A stretch of DNA of 64,000 nt from Octopus vulgaris (Eukaryota): NCBI GenBank assembly GCA_951406725.2, contig OX597825.1:39804001-39868000 (forward strand), in the 5' to 3' direction. The notes beneath the pieces are model-generated. The model was given only the letters and a program-made list of their open reading frames with translations, ran no database searches and was not told the origin of the DNA. Positions 1 through 12,245 of this stretch are shown here, piece after piece; positions within the stretch are counted from its first letter, which is position 1; each line of letters opens with the position of its first letter. The position numbers and the translations under genes were made by a program.

Positions 1-109
1 ATGAGAAACACAGTTGTTAAGAAGACCTATTTGTTATATGCTTCAATCATTTGACTACGGCTATGATGGGTGACCTCCTCGAAGGAATATAGTCAAGCAG
101 ATCAACTCA

Positions 110-410
110 TCCCAGATTATGCTTGCTTTCTCATTTTCTGTGACCTTTTATTGCGTATGCTTATACCATCTTTTTTCTGTGTTATTTCATAGCGTTTTCA
201 TAGTTTCCAGTGTATATAGGTCCGACCTCTGCGGTGTCAGTGAAATATGATTTTTTCTTTCTCCTCCCTCTCCACATATTCTGCAGTTACTTGTATTTAT
301 GGTGGGAAGTCTTTCATGTTTTGCTACAATTAAAAATCCTTCAAACGCTGCTTTGAGTCTTGAGCTTCTCAGCCATCGTTAGGATTTTGCTTTTTCGATT
401 AGTTTAACCA
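110..410 (-). mobile_element. Degenerate R4/Dong-like non-LTR retrotransposon C-terminal fragment
   Basis: Reverse strand reads remnants like EGFLIVAKHE.LPT and KWYKHT..KVTENEKASIIWD, paralleling the better preserved copies at 25802-26566 and 56758-57200. Confidence 0.55.
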
Positions 411-539
411 TTCTGCTCCAAAATCGTGGGAGGTACGAAGCCACACCTGAAGTCTAAATCGCATCCTCAACATCAGCAACAGGAAGAACAGAGACATTTT
501 AATAAAACGGTAGCCTCATCCCCAAAAGCAACAGAGGCA

Positions 540-1510
540 CCTGAGCCCCATTTAGCTAGTGTTGCAGAGTTCTGCGAAATGCCGATAACAGCCGAATGTA
601 TACGGTGAGTTGCGCAGAAGAGAAGTCTCCGGGACGCAATGTTCCACCCTTAGAGCTTTGTTTCTATAAGCCTGACTTGTTCAGTGGCCTTTGTCAGTAG
701 TCTATCACAACTGGCAGCAGAACGGGAGAAATACCAATGCTGTTAGCCGTGTAATGTGGTACAGTTGATGGTGGATCCAATCAAGGGAGAGAATTTTGAT
801 AATTTTGGGTCAATAATTCTGCTAAACGCAGATTATATCTCGACCAAGGTATTAGCAAAGAGGTTGGCGCAAACATGTGATATCTCAAATAGAACTATCC
901 CTGACAAATTCCACCTCACGTGCTACATCATATAGAGGTTGGCGAAGGAACTTGGCATGGGTGGAGCCCTAATAACTTTGGTTCAGTCAGAAGCTTTTGA
1001 TTGGGTCGAGTATCAAAATATGGAGGCTGTTCTCGCGACAGCGAGATTCGGTCCCGTTTTCAAAGGCAGGATCGCTGCAATGTACAGTGCATCTGTTAGC
1101 TGGTCAAAGTAAATGGCCACCTATCGCTCGTTTGGACCGTCAAGGATACCCACTCCCACTTCCTCTGTACACACTGGCTCTCGTGCCATTGCTGCAGGAG
1201 CTGGATATTACGAATGGCATCCCGCGTGATGTAGGATAACGAAGGTTTGTGTCAGCTTACGCAGACCACGTCACCGTAAGAGTGTTGCGTATCTCACAAA
1301 CTGAGGTGATCGGCACTACTCTTAGTACGAATCGGTACAAGAGCAAAGATCGACCAGGAGATGTCTGTGTGCCTGCAGATCGGTAAATGGAGAGGTGGAT
1401 CCATGCCAGCCGAAAGTGTTGTGGGACGCTGGACGGAGGGACCGGTTGAATTCCTCGGGGCCTGGTTTGGTCAAACCTCCAGTTGGGGAGAACTTGTGAT
1501 AGGAGTGCTA
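540..1510 (+). pseudogene. Degenerate L1/Tx1-type LINE reverse transcriptase fragment
   Basis: Frameshifted RT motifs: NFGSIILLNADY..KVLAKRL (~800-870), RQGYPLPLPLYTLALVPL (~1138-1190, RQGCPLSP-like) and VSAYADHVT (~1250-1275, YADD-like). Confidence 0.7.
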
Positions 1511-2084
1511 ACGCTATATATCTGTAATTCCTGAGCTGGGAGAGTATTGCTAAATACATTTAAATATTATTTTTTATAACATCGTATCAATATTATGGGG
1601 TTTCTCTATGCATTGATTCCTACGCTATACTTATCACTAATCTTTAATATCCAATCATACATATTATTGCCTATGCTAGCATATCACATGCGGTTTACCA
1701 ATAATTTTTTAATGAAAATTTGATGTAGAACTATAAGAAAATAATCGTTATATTAATGATTGAATCAGAGCACGTAAAGCAAAATTGACAACATTGAAAT
1801 TGAAGTTAATTATGGGGATTATACATGCATTGCTTTTAGTCAGTATATGACTCCTTTAATACCATTTGATTCATCAAGACTTGATTTTTTGAGAATTCTT
1901 CACATATTACACTGATTTCCAACAAGCAAATCCAAATTCATTATTAGCATGGTCGGAACTTGCACTTGAATAATTCCATTACGTTTAGACACTGCTCTAC
2001 CACGGTCACCGTCTTCATCGTCTTCCACCTTATCACAATCATCGTCATCGAAGTTAACACTGACAATTTCTTTTACTTCTTCTT

Positions 2085-2508
<424 letters not shown>

Positions 2509-2604
2509 GTTTTTTCTGTTCCTCATTATCATCATCTTAATAATTCCAGTTCTCTGTATCATTTACAAGGTTTCATGTATTACATGCTCAAACAATGATA
2601 ATAA

Positions 2605-3032
2605 TAACCCAGCCTGGAATTGTGTGGGAGATGACTAGTTGATTATATTGTCTTCAGTGTTTTGGTACTGAATTTATCTACTCCAAAAATATAAAAAGCA
2701 AAGTCAACCTCGGTGGAATTTGAACTTACATGGTAAGGACGGACGAAATGTCCCTAAGCATTTTGCCTGCCGTGCCAACGATACTGCTCTGCACCTTAAA
2801 CAACAGTAATAATAATAATCTTTCCTACTATATGCACAAGGCATGAACTTTTGTGTGAGGTAGGTTAGTCGATTACACCAACCATAGTACTCAACTGGTA
2901 CTTATTTTATGGACCCCTAAAGAATGAAAGGCTCAGTCGAACCCGGCGGAATTTGAACTAAGAACGTAAGGACGGACGAAATGCGGATAAGCATATCTGC
3001 TGGTGTCCTAATGATTCTGCCAAATTACCGCC
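2605..3032 (-). mobile_element. Two adjacent degenerate tRNA-derived SINE copies with a Meta-SINE-like core
   Basis: Both copies share ggaatttgaact (reverse B box gttcaaattcc) and reverse-strand cctttcat..ggggtc.ataaaataagtaccag; same family at 12015-12245 and 58365-58525. Confidence 0.75.
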
Positions 3033-3035
3033 TTG

Positions 3036-3053
3036 ATAATAATAATAATAATA

Positions 3054-3104
<51 letters not shown>

Positions 3105-3125
3105 GTAATGATTATGATAATGATG

Positions 3126-3210
<85 letters not shown>

Positions 3211-3240
3211 CAACAACAACAATAATGATAATAATAGTTA
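3036..3240. repeat. (TAA)n microsatellite
   Basis: Direct reading. Confidence 0.97.
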
Positions 3241-3281
3241 TGATTTCAAATTTTTCCACATGCAATTTTGTGGGAGGGGGT

Positions 3282-5795
3282 TGTTTTAACGATACGAAAC
3301 TTAATGTACTTAGTTTCACGTTGTCAAATACGTTGTCGCGGATAAAAGGTTGTCAGCTCGGTAGCTGGGGCAGACGGCAGTTGAATAAACAACCAACCAC
3401 TCTGCATCGTGTTAATGTAGCGCTTGCATGGCGCAATATGGTGGCAGCGGTAAAAAAAGATAAATATATGGAATCGAAACTAATCGCATTAACAGCACCT
3501 AATTATCATTAGCCATTGCGCAACATTACCAATCTGCCAGTATCGTCAGTGAACGCAACGTGACACAAAACAAAAGGAGAAGGAAACTGATACAAAGTGT
3601 CAAATTGCAAGAATACACATAAACAAGGTCTGCACATGTTTAGCTGGAGGCATTGCTACAAAATTATATAGAAGACTATTGCTGTCATATCGGCTATATA
3701 GCGCGTCTTGTGCAACAGAAAACAACCAAATCATACGTTGCTGGATTGCAACAAAATTATGGCAACATCTCGCATTCCCGAAATGCAATGACACACAAAC
3801 AATTCTGCCGAGGTCCAGCAAATATTCAAGCAAAACATCATGTACTATTGTAAAGATATGGAAATTACAGAACCAAGGAAATTAGCCTTAAATATATTAA
3901 GATTTATTGGAAATGATAGACTCTGAATGTGTCCAGCTTATCAGAGGCTGACAAGAAAAACCCAAATGAACTTTGTGCATTATTCAAAGCACAAATCAAG
4001 ACAAACCTCAATTTCAGAGTACTTAAACTGATGGTATGTAGACAGCAGCATGATGAGTTAATTGATGACTCTGTTACAAGAGACTGAATAATAGAAAAAG
4101 TGTGAGTTTCAAGAAAAAGAGTTTGGAAAATAGAAACACTCGAAAATGTTAAGCTATTCTTCCAGGAAGAAGTCAAATACAACCACTTGCAAGCGCAGAA
4201 TCAAGCAATGCAAACACTGTTAAACGTTCATATGGAAATTGTGGACGAAGTGCACTGCATAGAATGATTCCTGCAACTTCTGCAACAAAAAGGGACAGTG
4301 GAAACAATTCTGTCGTCAACGGAACAAACAAGATAGAAGACAGTAAATGGCGATGGAAAAGAGCACATAACAAACTCCATGATCTAAAATCAAGTAATAA
4401 GGCACAAAGTGACTCAGAAGAATAGAACTGTGATCCCTAGCACATCATGCAAATTTCAAGCATGCGAAATGAAGCATTTGCATCGTTGGATATCATATGT
4501 CCACAGAAAGAAAAGGTACAACACATAAAATGAAACGTTGATACGGGAGCAGAAGGCAACACATTGCCAAAGCGTACATATCGCCAGATGTACAAATCAA
4601 CTCCAAATGTTGTCATGTTAAAACCAGAGAAAAACATTCGTCTGGTGGCATACAAGGACTAAGAAATCAAATGCGTGGGATCGATACAATTTCACCCTCG
4701 CTCAAACGGTGGCGAATTTCATGATGCCAAATTCTATGTGGTAAAGGTGGATGGACCACCAATCATCGGATTACTAACATGTGAGGCAATGAAATTAATC
4801 ATAATATATTGTGATCACGCCATAGATTCAAATCCTGATGTCACAATAGTCGAAGGCCTGAGAAAAACATACCCAACTCTTTTTGACAGACTGCGAAACT
4901 TCAAAGAACCCGCACAGTTGTACATAAAAGCATGGTCGGAACCCTTCTTTGACCATCACGGAAATGCTCAGTTCACCTAAAAAATAAGCTCGAGATTGAA
5001 CTGCAGAAATGGAAAAAAAATGGGGTCCTCGAGCTTGTGAAACAGCACACAGATTAGTGTACAAGCATGGTGTATTCTATAAATATTGATCGATCACTTC
5101 GCATCTGCATCGACCCGCATAAACGTAATCAAGTACTGAAAAGACTTTCCCACAAAATCCCAAATGTGGAAGAATTGAACTCTCAGTTCTAGCGTTTTCA
5201 ACAAACTAGATGCACAACCGAGATGCTGGTCAGTTCATCTGAATGAAGAAAGCCATCTGATCACAATATTCAGGACCCCATTTGGAAGATACTTTTGGAC
5301 TAGATTGCTATATAGTCTGAAGGTGTCTAAATATACCTTACAAGCTAGAATGAACGAAAGCATTGAAGAGCTCCTAAGGATTGTTGGAATAACTGATGAC
5401 ATTGCTGTCCATGGCAAATACAAAAAAAATGCATGACAGAAATTTACAAAGACTCACTAAGAAATCAAAGAATCAGGATTGGTATTCTACTCGGTCAAAT
5501 GCCACATTCGTCAACCCGAAATCACTATCTTTGGAAATATTCCAAATTTGGAATCAGGCCAGACCCAGCAAAAGTGCGTGACATTTGACACATGCCTGTT
5601 CCAGAAAAAAAGGAAAAATTGCAAAAGTTATTGGGAATGATGAATTACCATCCAAAATTCTTTCCAAACTTCACCATGGAAGCACAACCATTAAAGGATC
5701 ATAAGAAAAATATACCATTTGAGATGTCTGAAGACCACATACACTGCTTTAGAAAACGTGAAACAACCATCTCAACTGTACGGCGTGTATAGTAT
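3282..5795 (+). mobile_element. Degenerate, 3'-truncated Ty3/gypsy LTR retrotransposon (LTR, PBS, gag, protease, RT)
   Basis: PBS TGGTGGCAGCGGT at 3439-3451; zinc-knuckle remnant ~4240-4315; protease VDTGA ~4536-4550; RT remnant TDDIAVHG ~5392-5415; thumb region MPVP..KEKLQKLLGMMNY..KFFPNF at 5592; many stops and frameshifts. Confidence 0.85.
3439..3451 (+). promoter_or_regulatory. Primer binding site complementary to a tRNA-Leu-type 3' end
   Basis: TGGTGGCAGCGGT immediately after a putative ~157-bp LTR (TGTT...AATA, 3282-3438) that contains AATAAA. Confidence 0.7.
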
Positions 5796-5989
5796 ATTTT
5801 ACCTCCTACCTTGGCAGTAGTGATTTTTTTTCGTTTATTGATTTTTCCTCTTCAACCTCATTTTCGTTTATTGATTTTGCCTCTTCAACCTCATTTTCCT
5901 CATGTATGCTACATGAGTTCAATTAGATGTGTAAGGAATTTCAGTAGTACTTCGCCTAAATATTCGGGGTACGCGGTGTGTTGGGGACG

Positions 5990-6540
5990 GAGGTGAATTT
6001 CACCTCCGGCCTTGGCGGCATGCCTGCCTTTCGGCCGGCGATACAGAGTTCTGCGAAATACCGATAACAGCCGAAGACATTCGGGACGCACTGACCATCT
6101 GCCTCCGAGGCTAGACGTTCTGCCCTTCGAACTTTATATTAATATCTCTAATTTGTCCGTGATCTTTTGGCAGATTACTGTGAGCCGTGGCGTTTTGGGG
6201 ATGCTGTCTGGTGGTTATGGTGAAGGAGATAGTGTGGTAGACGGGGTTGAAAGGACTGAAGACAGATACTATCCTCTTCGACCAAGCGCTCACTGACTCA
6301 TTCAAGTACCACACAAAGGGGAAAGTGTGAGTAGAGAGGGAAGTTCTGCCCCGAAGTAAATTTGTTGAAAGGTGGATGCATCTATAAACCGGATTTCAGA
6401 AGGAGAGAGGTACCTGCTGAAGTGCATCTGGCGGTCGAGGTAACCAGAATGAGTCGCTGTTCCTCGGTTGTCCCTGTAAGGAACTCCACCTTTTGGGGAA
6501 TTTTAATATTTAATCGTACTATTGTCATTTTCATGTTTAT
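5990..6540 (+). mobile_element. L1/Tx1-type LINE relic related to the 540-1510 element, internally deleted
   Basis: cagagttctgcgaaat.ccgataacagccgaa occurs at both ~566 and ~6043; GC-rich C-terminal-like remnant VKEIVW.TGLKGLKTD follows. Confidence 0.55.
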
Positions 6541-6658
6541 ACGAATTTTGGGTTAAACATCACGTATACCCTGTTTTGTATTGCCCCTATTTCGTTTGTA
6601 TTCTGCCCTTGAGGCCAATAAACAAACGATTATTATTATTATTATTTCTGGTCGTGGT

Positions 6659-6757
<99 letters not shown>
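6659..6757. repeat. (TAG)n microsatellite
   Basis: Direct reading. Confidence 0.97.
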
Positions 6758-8107
6758 ATGGTGGCAGTATGCTTGTATTTCCATTCCAACGTAATAAGAG
6801 ATGTTTAGATGCTTCGCCATAAGCTTCTCTGAAGTAGATAGCGTTATTTGGATTGTGGACATCGATCCAAAAAAATTTTAACGTACTGCATAAATATATT
6901 ATATTTTGATTTTCTCGCAATATTTCGTTTAACAAATATTTTTGAATAATGAATATATATTATTTATGTGCCTTATGATAATAGAATAGAAAATATTACA
7001 TTTTCCTAACCAATCTACGTACTTAAGAATTCGAATGCCTAAGTGGATCAGAAAACAGTACACAATCAATTTTAGCAAGTGGATTTGTTTATGCTATATT
7101 TCGTGAAATAATATATATATATATATTTGTATAACTTAACGGTTATGAAAACTTGCTTTCAACGTATACGAGATAAAATTGAATGTGTTGCTATATGAAA
7201 GCTACTCAAAATAACATTAGTTTAATAGTTATAACACATTTATTTAAGGATATATCTATAAGTGAATTGACTCAAATAGAATGATGATCGTATGATTTCT
7301 GTGCGCGTACACGAGTAGGAAGGACAAATGTAGGCTGAATCTTTTTTAAACTAACAGACATTGGTAAGATTGTGATTGCTAAAGTGAATCCAATATTCTG
7401 CAACAGTTCGAAAAGAATAAAATACGATCTGCCAGTGAAAGGGTAAAAGCGATGCTTTTTAATTAAATATAAGAAATAACCATTATCATTCATGAAAACA
7501 AAACTTGAAGAGAATTATTTAAATGAAGGTGACTCATTTTGTAAAGGGAATTATTGTCTGTCATAGTTCTCACAGTCTGTAAAAGAGGTTCATTGAAATC
7601 AATATTCTATATCGACTGTCGTATTTCGTTCAAATGTTTACTATGTTTTAATTTTGCGGGACGGCGCGTATAAAATATATAATGCATGTATATAAATATA
7701 TATAAGCATGTGTGAATGTATATGTCTGTTGTGCATATGCGTATACAACAACTGAGGCTTACAATAATAAAGGTCACAGAAAAGTTTGACGGACAAACAA
7801 CCGACTGATTGTTGAACTAACGGGTTAAACAAGAAATCGATTAGGTAGTTGATTAGATATTTAACCTATTGACAAATGATAAAGAAAAGGAAGTGAACCT
7901 ACGCGTATGTTATTATTGGCGTAATGACTCTCACAAAGCATACAAAAAGTTTTTTAATACAATATTGTAACTCCCGTGAAAATGCCTCATTACTTTCCTG
8001 ACTAATTGGTGGGAGAAATTACTGATAATGTGCCGAAGATAGAGTAAAGGAGAACGAATTTTGTCACAGATAAAGAAATATATTCGAAAGTGCATTATGA
8101 TGCAAAA

Positions 8108-8281
8108 GTGGCTCTGTGGTAAGTAGCTTGCTTACCAGCTACGTGGGTTCAGTCCTACTGCGTGGTACCTTGGTCAAGTGTCTTCTACTATAGCCTCGGA
8201 CCGACCAAAGCCTTTTGAGTGGATCTGATAGACGGGAACTGAAAGAAGTCCGTCGTATATTTGTATATATATAAATAAATA

Positions 8282-8358
<77 letters not shown>

Positions 8359-8470
8359 ATGTCTATGTGTCTGTGTTTGTACCCCCAACATCACTTGACA
8401 ACATATGCTTGTGTGTTTACATCCCCGTAACTTAGCGGTTCGACAAAAGTAACCGAAACAAGTAAAAGGG
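8108..8470 (+). mobile_element. tRNA-derived SINE with a CORE-like motif and internal (TA)n/(TG)n (octopus OR-type, family name inferred)
   Basis: A-box-like gtggctctgtggtaag, B-box-like ggttcagtcc, accttggtcaagtg motif; further copies at 11510-12012(-), 54434-54586(-) and 60285-60346(+). Confidence 0.75.
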
Positions 8471-9099
8471 TAAAAAGAGTGAGTAAAGAGTATGGTAGAT
8501 AACATTTACCAATATTCAAATAGACAATATCTGCTTTGTATGCCATGCTTAATTTGTGCACAGCACAGTCCTATACTATACGTATTTTGCGATGTATGGA
8601 TAGAAATATGTAACACCAAAATCTCCGCATATTACATAATATAACATATCATCCTTTACAGTATTGGTCATGAAGAAATATAGAATTTAAAGTAAAGAAA
8701 TGTTAGCTACACTGTACATGTTTTTCATTTCAAACAACTAAGCGCGTGCACGCGCACACACATACACTCAGATACATATAAAAGAAGAGAAAGGAAATTC
8801 TTTAACACATCCTTAATTATAGGTTACAAAGGTTCCCGTACCATATCCATTAACAGCGCGAGCTTGCGCGAACATTCTAAATGAAAAATCACGTAATGTT
8901 TGCAGTTTTAGGCACTGGAGAGGCATTCTCACAGACTTGCATGAAAGGTATGCTATTATATTGTGCGTCTTTTAGACATTGTGTTAGGAAAATATCTGTA
9001 GGAAATAAATAAAGAAAAAAATTAAAAGTTTGTAAGCGGGATGAGTGTGTAATGAAGATATTATGTGAGGGGGCGAGATCATGAGGTTGGATAGCATAA

Positions 9100-9630
9100 T
9101 GATAGGAGGGAGAAAAGGACGAAGGAGGATGAGGAGAGGAAAAGGAGGAGGAGAGAAAAAGGAGGAGGAGAGAAAAAGGAGGAGAAAAAGATGAAGACGA
9201 AGTAGAAGAAGTGGATGGAAGCGAAGTAGAAGCAGTGGGCAGTGCTGCATACGCAAAGGGAGGCAGAAACACATGAGCATATACATTCACATTTTGCTTC
9301 GCACAAGGACACATGGAGACACACGTCCCCACATATGGAGAAACACATCCATACATACAGACACAGAACGTAGTCACAAACACACTCAGACATGCACACA
9401 CATGGAGATACAGATACGCACTCATGCACATGGAAACATGCACACATAAAAGCGCACATACAAGAACACACAAACACATAAACGCATATATATGCAGAAT
9501 ACATGCAAAACTTGACACATACGTATATACATACACACACATACATGTATGCACACACATGCATACATTCATGCATACGTATATGCATACATGTATATGC
9601 GAGCACACACTAACCCATACACATTCATAC
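9100..9630. repeat. Low-complexity GA-rich tract followed by degenerate (CA/CATA)n
   Basis: Direct reading; explains the long V/C/H/T pseudo-ORFs. Confidence 0.9.
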
Positions 9631-9881
9631 AAACAAACAAAAAGAAAATTAGCTTGGAGATCGGACAGTCACCGAATATTGAAAAGCTTGCAAGACGCAA
9701 TGTAAATGTTCATGAAATAAATTAGTAAATGAATGGAAATTCTACCTGTGCGCGTATTAAACTATAAGGCGCTAAAAGGGAATGATTCGCCCCAGACACA
9801 ACTGTATATATATATATTAGGCCACTTGGTGTTGAATAAATATACTATTAAATTAGTATCTATTTCTCTCACCCTTATTAA

Positions 9882-9959
<78 letters not shown>

Positions 9960-9961
<2 letters not shown>

Positions 9962-10210
9962 AACGATGAATAGCCTTCGCATAAACCACTGGTTCGTTTT
10001 GTTCTCTTACTTTATTATCATCTTATAATCATCTCATAATAATGATCTTTATGACTCGTATTACTACCTCAGTCAATCTAAATGTATATATTTGTCACTA
10101 CCTGTCATAAATACCCTTTATTCTATTTGCAATATGCATTTTCATTGATTTTTCATATTTGACCCTTACATTTCCACGTGTATTTCATATTTTCTTTTCG
10201 TAACATATTT
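9960..10210 (+). repeat. Interspersed non-coding repeat flanked by (TA)n; second copy at 43375-43685(-)
   Basis: ctcttactttattatcatcttataatcatctcataa..gactc.tattactacctcagtcaa.ctaaatgtatatatttgtca is shared in opposite orientation. Confidence 0.8.
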
Positions 10211-10212
10211 CT

Positions 10213-10270
<58 letters not shown>

Positions 10271-10405
10271 CATATATACATATATATATATATACACATG
10301 CATACATACATACAATTATAAATACAAACATGTATAAATATATATATATATCCATATATTCATATACATATACATGCATACATACATACAATTATAAATA
10401 AAAAC

Positions 10406-10459
<54 letters not shown>

Positions 10460-11435
10460 ATAAGCAAGATCGAGGTATTTTAAGAATTAGTATACGAAAA
10501 TAGAATCAATAACACCATATCCGTGTATTTACAATGTGAACGAACGCTCACGTACTTACAAGAGTACATATGGATTTGTGCTTCAACTTACGCATGTTAT
10601 ATTATGGATTTAATATTAATTAATCTGAATGAAACAGTTTTGTTAAACGACGTATCTGATTTTTTATCAATTAAGAACACATCTGAAACAGGCGCAGTGA
10701 ACCTCTTTCCATTTGTGCTGTCATATATGCATACATACATATGTGTATATATATATATATATATATAAACACACTCACACACACACTTAAGTTCGAAAAT
10801 ACGTGGTGTATATTTGGTACAGTGCAAATGTCTAATGTCAATTTGTTGGGAAGTTAGGGTATTTCTAGAGAAGCATTCAACCTGTATGCTGGAATACTTC
10901 TTGTGTAGAGAATCCACGTTTCACGACAATTATACCGTCTTGTGGTTTGGCGAGGAATAAACAATCAAGTGTGAAGACAAAGAAAATTCATTAACACCTC
11001 TTTAATTATAAGTGACAAATGTCTCTGCAACATCTCCATTAGCAACGCTAGTTTACGCAAGCCACTATCTTCTGCATAAACAGCATTCTGTGATGAAATA
11101 TACAGAGGAGAGCTACTAATAGTTTTCCATCAAGTACTTCTATCATAGTTTCACATTCGCTTCGGCTACGCGCATGAGTAAGCCCTTGAACAAAACAAAA
11201 CTACTTAGCAGTGTATAACTTAGATGAACATGCATTACAACTGAATAAATTATATAGGCAAAAATTTTACATCAAAGGACATCAGGGCACTTATCTAGCA
11301 GAAACTGGAATCGCATTGGAATTTGATAAGAAATATGCTGCAATAAACACATTTTGAAGATGGATAGTTCTTCGTTCATCATGTATACGTGTGTATGTGT
11401 GTGTATAAGTATAATACGTGTATGATATGCGTATA

Positions 11436-11483
<48 letters not shown>

Positions 11484-11509
11484 CGCGTGTGTGTATATAT
11501 GCATATTCT

Positions 11510-11830
11510 TTCATTCTTTCTTTTGTGTCAGTTATTTGACAGCAGGCATGCTAGAGCAGAGTCTGTAGTCGATGAAATTAACCCTAGGACTTATTCTTTG
11601 TAAACCTAGCACTAATACTATCGTTTTATTTAGTGAACCCGCTAGAATTCGGTGCATAAACACACTAACAACGCTTGTCGACCGATGGTAGGGGTGCAAA
11701 CACAGACACACAAACACATACATGTATATATATATATATGTTTATTTATATGTATGTATATATATATATATATATGTTTATTTATATGTATGTATATATA
11801 TATATTTATCTATCTATTTATATATATTTA

Positions 11831-11892
<62 letters not shown>

Positions 11893-12012
11893 TATATAAG
11901 ACAGGCCTCTTTCAGTTTGCATCTACCAAACCCACCGAGGCTATACTAGGAAACTCTTGCCCCAGATGCTATGCAGTCGTACTAACCAGGATACATGTGG
12001 TTGGGAAGCAAG
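11510..12012 (-). mobile_element. SINE of the 8108 family with an expanded internal microsatellite
   Basis: Reverse complement matches both the head and the post-microsatellite tail of 8108-8470. Confidence 0.75.
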
Positions 12013-12014
12013 TG

Positions 12015-12245
12015 TCTTATTTCTTTGTTGCCCACAAGGGGCTAAACATAGAGGGGACAAACAAGTACAGACAAAGGGATTATGCCGATTACTTCGACTC
12101 CAGTGCGTAACTGGTACTTAATTTATCGATCCCGAAAGGATGAAAGGCAAAGTCCACCCCGGTGAAATGTGAACTCAGAACGTAACGGCAGACGAAATAC
12201 CGCTAAGAATTTCGCCCGGCGTGCTAACGTTTCTGCCAGCTCACC
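12015..12245 (-). mobile_element. tRNA-derived SINE with a Meta-SINE-like core, best preserved copy
   Basis: Reverse strand: ggtgagctggcagaaacgttagcacgccggg head, gttctgagttcacatttcacc, then cctttcatcctttcgggatcgataaattaagtaccag. Confidence 0.8.

Noticed and set aside
5828-5898. 33-bp tandem duplication
   Set aside because: Ordinary local slippage, two copies only
8889-9705. 247-, 175- and 130-aa ORFs
   Set aside because: Low-complexity CA/GA sequence without stop codons; no domain motifs
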